Shown here in pieces: positions 1 to 12,514 of a DNA stretch of 39,371 bases; positions within the stretch are counted from its first letter, which is position 1; every line of letters begins with the position of its first letter. The stretch lies in sequence record SRR31156797_21211; one strand, given 5' to 3'. The notes under the pieces are model-generated. The model saw only the letters and a program-made list of their open reading frames with translations. It was not told the origin of the DNA and made no database searches. The position numbers were made by a program, and so were the translations under genes.

Positions 1-39
1 TTTATCTGCATTAAACCATTTTACTGTACCGTTATTCAT
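1..39 (-). CDS. cspA: Cold-shock protein (CspA family), N-terminal fragment running off the window edge
   Basis: Minus-strand translation MNNGTVKWFNADK is the canonical CSP N-terminus; GGAGG RBS upstream. Confidence 0.92.
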   Translation of the reverse strand, partial: MNNGTVKWFNADK

Positions 40-165
40 AAACGTATACCTCCATATTACACATCGACTGTGTTTATTTGTTTGTAATAGAAAATGATGT
101 GTAATTGAAGTGTGTATCAATAGAAAAGATAAACAAGTATTAACATATCAGAACTTTACCTATTC

Positions 166-194
166 ATCATAGCACGGTTAAAATAAAATAGCAA
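166..194 (-). promoter_or_regulatory. sigmaA promoter of the csp gene, giving a ~120-nt 5' UTR
   Basis: Minus strand TTGCTA-17bp-TATGAT with extended -10 TG. Confidence 0.7.
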
Positions 195-286
195 ATAAAT
201 TTGGGCTTTTTTCTTGATAATAAGCGAAATTGTTATGAAATCTTATGATTAAGCCTAGGAATTGCTTTATCTGGAAGAATCAAAAA

Positions 287-5050
<4,764 letters not shown>

Positions 5051-5074
5051 ATGACTCACTCCCGTGTTTGATTT

Positions 5075-5088
5075 ATAAAGCGCTTTAT
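5075..5088. promoter_or_regulatory. Perfect 14-bp palindrome ATAAAGCGCTTTAT (cre-like or LacI-type operator) in the PTS leader
   Basis: Perfect dyad with central CG, downstream of a minus-strand TGcTATAGT extended -10 (about 5095-5103). Confidence 0.5.
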
Positions 5089-5166
5089 GGCGTTACTATA
5101 GCAGATTTTTTTCTCTCACCTGCGAAAGTTCGCAATTTGGAAACTGCTTACAAGAAAGGAAAGAAA

Positions 5167-5976
5167 ATGGGCCTCTTAATCATTCGTTTATTGAATCTTT
5201 TAAATAATGCACCCACTGATTCCACCAACTACTATATCGGTTTGACCATGATCAACTATTACGATCAGATCCAAACTCTAAGTATTGGTGAATTCGCCGC
5301 TCTTTGCCATGTGTCAAAGTCAACCGTTTCAAAATTCGCCCGTACCTTAGGCTTTGATGACTATGGTGATTTAAAAGACAACGCAGCTTTCATCGAGAAC
5401 CGCTTCAACAATCCGCTAAATTATCGCTCGAATATTTTGTCTGCTTTGGAGCAAGAAGGCGTAGACTCCTATTTTGACGCAGTGATACAAGACATCGATT
5501 ATCTGCGGCATCATCTTGATCTGCCAGCCATCGAACGGGTCGCACAAGCAATTGTTTCGCATAAAAATGTCTTTGCTTTTGGAATATTATTCTCAGAATC
5601 GGCTGCTATTGATTTCCAGATCAAACTAGCTTACAACGGCAAGTTCATTCGGACCTTCCAAGACGATCTCGTACAAGAAGAAATCATCAAATCTGCCGAT
5701 GAAGAATCGCTTTTTATTATTTTTACCAATTCCGGTGACTACCTGACCAAGCAACAAATTCGAAATGGAACGCCTCGAAAAGATTTCTTTGATCGAACCA
5801 AAGCCAAAGTCATTGTGATCACCGCCAACCCACAGATCTCGGAACTTCCCTTTGTCCAAGAAGCCATCATCTTCCCTCATCAAACCCATTTCCAAACCCA
5901 TGCCTTTATGTATCAGTTCATCATGGATTTGATCGTATCGAAGTTCAAGCAGTTGACTGATCGAAAGCGAATGTAG
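5167..5976 (+). CDS. RpiR/MurR family transcriptional regulator
   Basis: HTH LSIGEFAALCHVSKSTVSKFARTLGFDDY plus SIS-like C-terminus; AAAGGA RBS before ATG 5167 (the ORF-track start at 5032 is too far upstream). Confidence 0.88.
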   Translation: MGLLIIRLLNLLNNAPTDSTNYYIGLTMINYYDQIQTLSIGEFAALCHVSKSTVSKFARTLGFDDYGDLKDNAAFIENRFNNPLNYRSNILSALEQEGVDSYFDAVIQDIDYLRHHLDLPAIERVAQAIVSHKNVFAFGILFSESAAIDFQIKLAYNGKFIRTFQDDLVQEEIIKSADEESLFIIFTNSGDYLTKQQIRNGTPRKDFFDRTKAKVIVITANPQISELPFVQEAIIFPHQTHFQTHAFMYQFIMDLIVSKFKQLTDRKRM

Positions 5977-5980
5977 TAAT

Positions 5981-6030
5981 GACCCTCCATTATAGAAGAA
6001 GTGCATTTCCTCCATAATGGAGGGTTCTTT
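5981..6030 (+). terminator. Rho-independent terminator
   Basis: ACCCTCCATTAT...ATAATGGAGGGT stem followed by TCTTT just after the stop codon. Confidence 0.65.
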
Positions 6031-6221
6031 GTGAATGAGATGTCTCATTCATTCGTAAGCGTCACGCATTTATTCCTAGTTTCTTTGAAATTTTTTTAAT
6101 CCTAGGCTGATATTTATTAAATTTCTCCTCATTTATGTTTTTTGTTTCACAAACTTCACTTCGGTATGGTATAATCATTTTGTTTTTAAGAAAACTATGG
6201 GAATACAAAGGAGAAGGAAAC

Positions 6222-6803
6222 ATGAAAAAAACTAAAATCACTTTAATCGCTGCATCATTGCTTATGGGAGGCACTCTTTTAGCTGCATGTAGTTCAGATA
6301 ACGACACAGCTGCAAGCTCATCATCAACAGCAGCTTCAACTGCTGCATCAACTGAATCATCAGATGATGTTGTTTCAACTGCTTCTATCAGTGACCAAAC
6401 TTCAGTCATTGAAAAAGCATTGGGTGCAGATGGTAACTGGATCGTTGCTGTAACTGCTGACATGACATTTGATAACGATGTAACCGTTGATGGCGAATTC
6501 CATGATAAAGGCGATGACTCAGCTGATATCTACCGTAAATTTGCATTGTACTCACAAGATGAAGACCGCAACGTAACAGCTGAGTACACAGTAACTGTTC
6601 CTAAATTGATCGTTAACTCAGAAAACTTCAACATCGTTCACGGTGTAATCAAAGGTGACGTTGAAGTGAATGCAAACGGCTTTGTATTGAACGGTGCAAA
6701 AGTTGAAGGTAACGTAACATTCACTTCAAAAGAATTCCAAGATTCAGCAACACTTGACGAAGATGGCGCTTCTGTAACAGGCGACGTAACAGTTAGCGAA
6801 TAA
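6222..6803 (+). CDS. Lipoprotein with Ser/Thr-rich linker and beta-helix (bactofilin-like) C-terminal region
   Basis: MKKTKI...LLAAC lipobox; AAGGAG RBS; TGgTATAAT at 6167-6175; repeated GxVxV-type units at the C-terminus. Confidence 0.8.
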   Translation: MKKTKITLIAASLLMGGTLLAACSSDNDTAASSSSTAASTAASTESSDDVVSTASISDQTSVIEKALGADGNWIVAVTADMTFDNDVTVDGEFHDKGDDSADIYRKFALYSQDEDRNVTAEYTVTVPKLIVNSENFNIVHGVIKGDVEVNANGFVLNGAKVEGNVTFTSKEFQDSATLDEDGASVTGDVTVSE

Positions 6804-6845
6804 TCTTTCACTGGATTTCTGTGAAATAGATGAAGAAAAAACGAG

Positions 6846-6884
6846 GTTGACAAGTTGATCATTGATCCTTGTCAACTTTTTTTT
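6846..6884 (+). terminator. Rho-independent terminator
   Basis: GTTGACAAG...CTTGTCAAC stem followed by T8. Confidence 0.75.
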
Positions 6885-6948
6885 GTTTTTTTATAAACAA
6901 TTGCATCCGCTCTCATTACTAACATTGTGTAAGTAAGAACAAAGCACA

Positions 6949-6990
6949 AGAAAAAAACTGGCTTGCTTACGCAAAACCAGCTTCTTCTTT
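6949..6990 (-). terminator. Terminator of oppA
   Basis: CTGG..GC/GC..CCAG stem with an A-tract on the + strand (U-tract on minus). Confidence 0.55.
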
Positions 6991-6996
6991 AGGCGC

Positions 6997-8661
6997 TTAT
7001 TCTTCAATAACTGCCCACTTGTAATCGTATTGCGCACCGGCACCGTGAGAAACGACCCCTTTTACTTTTGGTGCACGTAAATGAGCTTCAACGTTTTGGT
7101 ACACAGGGATAACCCCTTGTTGATCCATGATGATTTTCTCTGCATCCAACAAATCTTGCCAGCGGGCATCTGGATTGCCAGCATTTGTCGTGGCAGATGA
7201 TTTCACTGCTGCATCGTACTCATCGCTTGTCCAACGACCTCGGTTGTATGAATTATCGGTTACAAATAGATCTGTAAAACTGCTGGCATCCGCATAGTCA
7301 GCACCCCAGCCACCCATAACGACATCAAAATCACCTGAGTTTGAACGATCAAGGCGAACGGAGAAAGGTACTGGACTTAGGCTAACTTTCACCCCATCAA
7401 GCGTATCTTGAATCGCACTTTGAATATATTCAATGGCTTTTTTGGTTGAGTCTGTGTCAGAGGCCAAAATTTCAAAACTTAAAGAATCGATTCCCAAAGC
7501 CTCTTTGGCTTTTTCCCAATGTTCTTTGGCTTTTTCTTGATCGTATTCAATGACACTTTCCGCTTCATCGACAAAATCAGTATTATCAGTTGGGTTAAAG
7601 GTCATTCCTTTTGGTATCAATCCTGTGGAAGCCAATGAACCATCACCTAAAATCGATGTCACTAATGCATCACGATCGATGGCATAAGAGATTGCTTTAC
7701 GCAGATCCTCATTGCGAAATGGCGAATCTTCTTCTCGCTGATTCAACTCGATATAGGAAGTACGGGCTAATGGTTCTGACACAAACGCTTCATCATTGGC
7801 CATTTGCTGCGCCAATTCTCCTGTTAAGATGACGTCGTCCGCTTGCCCATCCTGGAATAGATTCAAAGAGGTCGATGATTCTTTTACGACACTGACATTG
7901 ATCGTATCAAGTTTCACCGTATCTTTATCCCAATATTGGTCGTTCTTTTCATATGACCATTCTGTATCGGTTCCTGGACCATCAAAGCCAGCTAACACAA
8001 ACGGTCCATTGTAAACGGCATTGTCGCTTGTTGAAGCATATTGATCGCCGTTGTCTTCTACGACTGCTTGGCTTTGTGGGAAGAAGGATGGAAATGCCAA
8101 TAAGTATTGGAAGTATGGCGTAGGTGTCGTCAGCGTGATTTCTAATTCATAGTCGCTGACTGCTTTGATCCCCAATTCTGAGGCATCTTTTTCACCTGCT
8201 GTTATCGCTTCGGCATTGGTTACGGGCGCAAATAAGTACGCATATTCAGAACCTGTTTCCGCACTTACGGTGCGTTGCCAGCCAAAGACATAATCCGCTG
8301 CTGTTACTGGTTCTCCATTTGACCATTTGGCATCTTCACGTAATTTCAATTTATAGGTCAGACCATCTTCACTGACTTCCGCTAATTCGGCGGCACCTGC
8401 TGGTTCGGGCTTACTATCAGCATCTAAGCGGTACAACCCTTCATACACATTATTTAAAGCACTGAAACTGATCGTATCGGTGGCTAAGGATAGATCAGCA
8501 CTAGGCATTTCTTGTTGAACCACAACATTAAAAATTTGTTCGGCAGCTGCTGTCCCACTACCACTTGAACTTTCACCTGTACTTGATGTCCCTCCTGTTG
8601 AGCAACCTGCTAATACGATTCCACAAACAGCGATGACACCATATCCCCATTTTTTCTTCAT
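6997..8661 (-). CDS. oppA: Oligopeptide/pheromone ABC transporter substrate-binding lipoprotein (OppA/TraC-like, family 5)
   Basis: VLAGC lipobox; VYEGLY, AKWSNGEPVTAADYV, NGPF and GWGADYAD family-5 motifs. Confidence 0.92.
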   Translation of the reverse strand: MKKKWGYGVIAVCGIVLAGCSTGGTSSTGESSSGSGTAAAEQIFNVVVQQEMPSADLSLATDTISFSALNNVYEGLYRLDADSKPEPAGAAELAEVSEDGLTYKLKLREDAKWSNGEPVTAADYVFGWQRTVSAETGSEYAYLFAPVTNAEAITAGEKDASELGIKAVSDYELEITLTTPTPYFQYLLAFPSFFPQSQAVVEDNGDQYASTSDNAVYNGPFVLAGFDGPGTDTEWSYEKNDQYWDKDTVKLDTINVSVVKESSTSLNLFQDGQADDVILTGELAQQMANDEAFVSEPLARTSYIELNQREEDSPFRNEDLRKAISYAIDRDALVTSILGDGSLASTGLIPKGMTFNPTDNTDFVDEAESVIEYDQEKAKEHWEKAKEALGIDSLSFEILASDTDSTKKAIEYIQSAIQDTLDGVKVSLSPVPFSVRLDRSNSGDFDVVMGGWGADYADASSFTDLFVTDNSYNRGRWTSDEYDAAVKSSATTNAGNPDARWQDLLDAEKIIMDQQGVIPVYQNVEAHLRAPKVKGVVSHGAGAQYDYKWAVIEE

Positions 8662-8687
8662 CTTACCTACCCCTTATGAAAATCCAA

Positions 8688-8755
8688 AATTTTCAGAATT
8701 ATTACAAAACTCTGAATGTAAATAAGATTTTAATAAATATTAATTATAAAAGCAA
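8688..8755 (-). promoter_or_regulatory. oppA sigmaA promoter with downstream CodY-like box
   Basis: TTGCTT-17bp-TAAAAT (8755-8727); AATTTTCAGAATTAT at 8688-8702 has 3 mismatches to AATTTTCWGAAAATT. Confidence 0.6.
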
Positions 8756-8827
8756 GCTATTTTTCTCATTTTATTATTATTTATTTTTTATGTTAACACT
8801 GCATGTTATTATTTATGACACAAAAAC

Positions 8828-8869
8828 AAAAAACACAAAGCGAAAGAGATCGCGCTTTGCGTTTTTTTA
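8828..8869. terminator. Bidirectional terminator
   Basis: A-tract CACAAAGCG...CGCTTTGCG T-tract. Confidence 0.7.
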
Positions 8870-8889
8870 TCTTTGGATAGAAAAGTGGA

Positions 8890-9837
8890 TTACTCCATTT
8901 TATAGCTTTGACGCGTCACTTTCCCCTCTCGTACCGCAGCGATAATAGTTGGAATAGCCCCAATCGCCGTAAAGAGATAGACCAGACCTAAGTTCCCGTA
9001 ATATTGACTCGCTTCCAAATACCCTTCACGAATCAAATCAGGTAAAATACGGAAAGCGTAGAAGACATCAACGTCTGTGTAATAATTCGCTACACTGATC
9101 GACCAGTCGATACGATTCCCGACATAGACCATAATGATCATGACGATGATACTACTAATAATACCTTTTGTACTGAGTTTTCCACCTAATAATTCATACC
9201 CTTTGATGGCACAGATCGCCATTGCGATTCCAGACAATGCAGCTACATATCCCAGTTGTCCTAATAAAATAATTGCGCCGGCACCAATCAGTGAACCAAG
9301 AAACGCGCCCACTGTTCCAGCTAGCCAATTTTCTTTTTTCTGCCCTTTTTCCCGTTCTTGTGCAAGGACCGCTTCTTGTTGTTTCTTAAAGCAAGCTTCA
9401 CACGCAATGACGGGAGTGCCGCTAATAGCATACAGCGAAACCGGCTCAGTGATCGTTCCGCAGAAGGTACAAGCATTTTGGTAAGCTTTCGTCTTCAAGA
9501 AATTCGTCAATTGGTCCAACGCAGTACGGATCTTGTCCACAGTTTTCCCTGCAGTCATCGCTCCGCGTAATGTATAGGCAACTTGATATCCTTGGATCAC
9601 ACAGTCGGTGATCTCTTTTGACTCACTTAAAACTTCTTTGACTTCTTCTTGGTTCGGAAGTTCCCCCTCTTTGCTAAGGGAAAAATGAGCCACAAGAGAA
9701 TAACTATTGTTATTCTCTTGAACTAAAAAAAGTTTATAACTATGATACGTTCCATAAATCACCCCGGTGGAAGTATCAACTGAGAGCCCCAACGGCTCGG
9801 CAAATTTGGTCAATGTCTTCTCGATCTTCTTATTCAT
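8890..9837 (-). CDS. Hypothetical membrane protein with central CxxC...CxxC zinc ribbon and ~4 C-terminal TM helices
   Basis: CTFCG...CEAC, charged coil, then hydrophobic segments; AAGGAG RBS before ATG 9837. Confidence 0.75.
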   Translation of the reverse strand: MNKKIEKTLTKFAEPLGLSVDTSTGVIYGTYHSYKLFLVQENNNSYSLVAHFSLSKEGELPNQEEVKEVLSESKEITDCVIQGYQVAYTLRGAMTAGKTVDKIRTALDQLTNFLKTKAYQNACTFCGTITEPVSLYAISGTPVIACEACFKKQQEAVLAQEREKGQKKENWLAGTVGAFLGSLIGAGAIILLGQLGYVAALSGIAMAICAIKGYELLGGKLSTKGIISSIIVMIIMVYVGNRIDWSISVANYYTDVDVFYAFRILPDLIREGYLEASQYYGNLGLVYLFTAIGAIPTIIAAVREGKVTRQSYKME

Positions 9838-9945
9838 TTTTCTCCTTCTTTCCAACAAACACTTACCTTTTTAGGTATAGCTAAAAGTTTAAGGAGAGTA
9901 GAAATGAAAGTCAATCAATTTGTTCAAAAAACCTAGTTTTTTTAT

Positions 9946-10785
9946 TTATTCTGTGACAAATCGCCGCAATGCATCAGCAACCCCATGGTCTGTATTGCTA
10001 GCCGTCACAAAATCAGCTTTTGCTTTGACCAAATCGGGCGCATTCTCCATCGCAACACCGATACCGGCTGAAGCAATCATTGGCAGGTCATTAAAATTAT
10101 CGCCGATCGCTAAGGTTTGCGCCAGCGGCACTTGGAAATAGGCCGCTAATTCATTTAGCGCCTTATCTTTTCCCACAGCTTGATGAGTGACTTCCAAATA
10201 ATTCTCTTTGGATAAATAAAAGGCGCTTTCTAAAAAGTCAGCGTTCTGGCAGGCAGCATGAAGCGCTTGGATTTCTGCCGTTGTGCCGATCAAAAGAAAC
10301 TTATGTACCTCAAAAGCTTCTTGTGCCAACAGTTGTTCCAATGAAGTTTCCAAAGGGGTCTCTTTGGTAATCGCCGCTTCTGCCTGTGCCCACTGATCCA
10401 CTCTTTCGCAATACCACTGATCACCAGAGTAGACATTGATGGAAACGGCAGGAAAATCAGCTTTGATGCGAGCAACCAAAGTCTTTGCTTCTGCTTTTTT
10501 GACCTCATGACTAAATATTGGTACAAGCGTACCCGTATGATCGTACCGTCCAATCAGGGCACCGTTGTAGCAAGCCAAGGGCCAGTCTTCTATCTCTAAT
10601 TCTTCAGCTATCGGTAGCATTCCTTTCGGGGAGCGAGCGGAAGCCAAAACAAAAGGAATCGCTTGCTGCTTCAACCGTTTGATTTCTTCAATCAAAACCG
10701 GATCGATTTGATGTTTATGATCCAAGATCGTCCCATCGATATCACTTAAAATAAACCCAATCTGCTTTTTTTCCAAATAAACCAT
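9946..10785 (-). CDS. Cof-type HAD-IIB hydrolase (sugar-phosphate phosphatase)
   Basis: DIDGTIL, ASAR, YNGA, GKDKAL, GDNFNDLPMI motifs. Confidence 0.93.
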   Translation of the reverse strand: MVYLEKKQIGFILSDIDGTILDHKHQIDPVLIEEIKRLKQQAIPFVLASARSPKGMLPIAEELEIEDWPLACYNGALIGRYDHTGTLVPIFSHEVKKAEAKTLVARIKADFPAVSINVYSGDQWYCERVDQWAQAEAAITKETPLETSLEQLLAQEAFEVHKFLLIGTTAEIQALHAACQNADFLESAFYLSKENYLEVTHQAVGKDKALNELAAYFQVPLAQTLAIGDNFNDLPMIASAGIGVAMENAPDLVKAKADFVTASNTDHGVADALRRFVTE

Positions 10786-10941
10786 CCTTCCCCATTCCCA
10801 TCCTTTTTACGAAAGCGAATTGATCCATCGCTTTCGACCAAAACAAGCGCCGTTTCCATAAAACTAAAACAGCTTTCTTGTCCTTCTTTGCTTCCAGTTT
10901 ACCATACTAGCCAATGAAAAAAAGAGTGCATCGCTGCACTC

Positions 10942-11565
10942 TTAGGAAGTATAGATATAAAACTCGATTTCCTTCTTGATCGGCTTTTTGATCCAGCGTT
11001 TCACAGCAGCTGCCCGCTTCAAGCCCATATGCTCATAAAAACCGTAATTACAAGTGGTATCGGTATAAAGGAAAAACGGAGCTGTTTTATCATGCTGGAC
11101 CATCGCTAAGAAGGAAGTAAAGAGTTGCTTGCCTACACCCAATCCTTGTGTTTTGGGACTAACGGCAAACAAACCAACTTCGGTCTGAAAAGGAATTTGT
11201 AAGTCTTTCAACATCGCTTGATTTAACTCAGCCACCTCTTTGGCATAATGCAGCAGCGTGTTTCTCCCTTGATTAGAAATCATTAAGCAGCCAGCATGCC
11301 ACATCGTTTTCCCCCAATAGCGCATTGGATGAAGCTTCTTCCCTCTTTTACTGTCTGCTAATAAGATACCGACAGCTTCACCATTTAAAAGAGCCACACG
11401 TGAATAGGTAGCACGGGCAAGTTCATAACACAAAAAGACATGAGCAAAGTGTTTGGCGGTCTTCTGGTCAAATTGCTTGTCGTAGTTCCAGCTATCAATA
11501 ATTACTTGCACAAGCGCAGGCAGATCTTCTCGTTTAAATGGTCGATATGTTACTTGTTTATTCAT
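10942..11565 (-). CDS. GNAT family N-acetyltransferase
   Basis: AVSPKTQGLGVGKQL acetyl-CoA motif, NYGFYEHMG; GGAGG RBS before ATG 11565. Confidence 0.85.
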   Translation of the reverse strand: MNKQVTYRPFKREDLPALVQVIIDSWNYDKQFDQKTAKHFAHVFLCYELARATYSRVALLNGEAVGILLADSKRGKKLHPMRYWGKTMWHAGCLMISNQGRNTLLHYAKEVAELNQAMLKDLQIPFQTEVGLFAVSPKTQGLGVGKQLFTSFLAMVQHDKTAPFFLYTDTTCNYGFYEHMGLKRAAAVKRWIKKPIKKEIEFYIYTS

Positions 11566-11596
11566 TCTATCTTCCTCCCAGTAGTTGACTATCTTT

Positions 11597-11627
11597 AGTA
11601 TAAAGTTTACAGTAACTGTAAAGTCAA
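11597..11627 (-). promoter_or_regulatory. MerR-type promoter (19-bp spacer containing a dyad operator) for the GNAT gene
   Basis: Minus strand TTGACT-19bp-TATACT; dyad TTTACAG-TAA-CTGTAAA at 11606-11622. Confidence 0.85.
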
Positions 11628-11638
11628 GGAGGAGCGCC

Positions 11639-12427
11639 ATGAAAACCAAATTAAAAGTATCGGAAATGGCACGCTTAGCGCGAATCAATCCTCGGACACT
11701 CCACTATTATGACGAGATTGGGCTATTTCAACCAAACAGCAAAGACGAGAACGGGTACCGGTATTATTCCCTTGATCAACTTTTGGATCTCGGATTGATC
11801 CTGTCATTGAAAGAATTATCGATGCCCTTAAAAGAGATTCAAACAGCGTTGCAGGGGGATGCCGAGACCATGAGAAACTTATTGGAAGCCAAGCGGCAAA
11901 CCATCGATGAAAAAATTCAGCAGTTGTCCAACATCCAAAAAATCATCGAACGAAAAGCAGCGGACTTGCGTCTGGCTGCAGAAAAAACTTCCCCCTTCAC
12001 CTTGAAGGAACAGCCAGAGGAGTATTTCTCCCTTAGTCCTAGATTAAACGGCAGCAGCATCCCAGAGATGATCACCCAAGCCTACGACCTTTTGATGGCA
12101 CAGCCTTATCTTTTCTCGAATAACGAATACGGTTTTATGATTCGGACGAACAAAGACAATACGCAGGACATCGACTACGTTTATGTGCGGCAAGAAGAAC
12201 CACAACGAGCTTCCTTCGTGAAACCAGCAGGTTGCTATTTAACCACCATTTATCAGGGGGATGACGAAGGATTGAAGCAGTTCTATCAAAAACTCAAGCA
12301 GCTGATTGCAGCGCACCAATGGCAAATCGATGACTACTTCTATGAACGATCGATCCATGAAACGACCCTTAGCAACGAGCAAGCTTATTTGACAGAGATC
12401 CAAGTACGGATTTTATCTGAGGAATAA
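11639..12427 (+). CDS. MerR family regulator (BmrR/BltR-like, GyrI-like effector domain)
   Basis: VSEMARLARINPRTLHYYDEIGLFQP...NGYRYY; AGGAGG RBS before ATG 11639. Confidence 0.9.
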   Translation: MKTKLKVSEMARLARINPRTLHYYDEIGLFQPNSKDENGYRYYSLDQLLDLGLILSLKELSMPLKEIQTALQGDAETMRNLLEAKRQTIDEKIQQLSNIQKIIERKAADLRLAAEKTSPFTLKEQPEEYFSLSPRLNGSSIPEMITQAYDLLMAQPYLFSNNEYGFMIRTNKDNTQDIDYVYVRQEEPQRASFVKPAGCYLTTIYQGDDEGLKQFYQKLKQLIAAHQWQIDDYFYERSIHETTLSNEQAYLTEIQVRILSEE

Positions 12428-12459
12428 GGATTCGTCTAAACAACACTAAAAAGTAAATG

Positions 12460-12512
12460 AAAAAACGCAACGACCACGAGCAGTTTCTTTCGCCTCGCCG
12501 TCGTTGTGTTTT
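12460..12512. terminator. Bidirectional terminator between convergent genes
   Basis: AAAACGCAACGAC...GTCGTTGTGTTTT stem. Confidence 0.65.
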
Positions 12513-12514
12513 AA

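Noticed and set aside
6062..6463. 133-aa minus-strand ORF, and similar antisense ORFs within groEL, walK, the PTS genes and the NlpC/P60 gene
   Set aside because: Shadow frames of well-supported genes on the opposite strand.
8676..8945. 89-aa + strand ORF
   Set aside because: AT-rich intergenic sequence spanning the oppA promoter and a terminator; no RBS.
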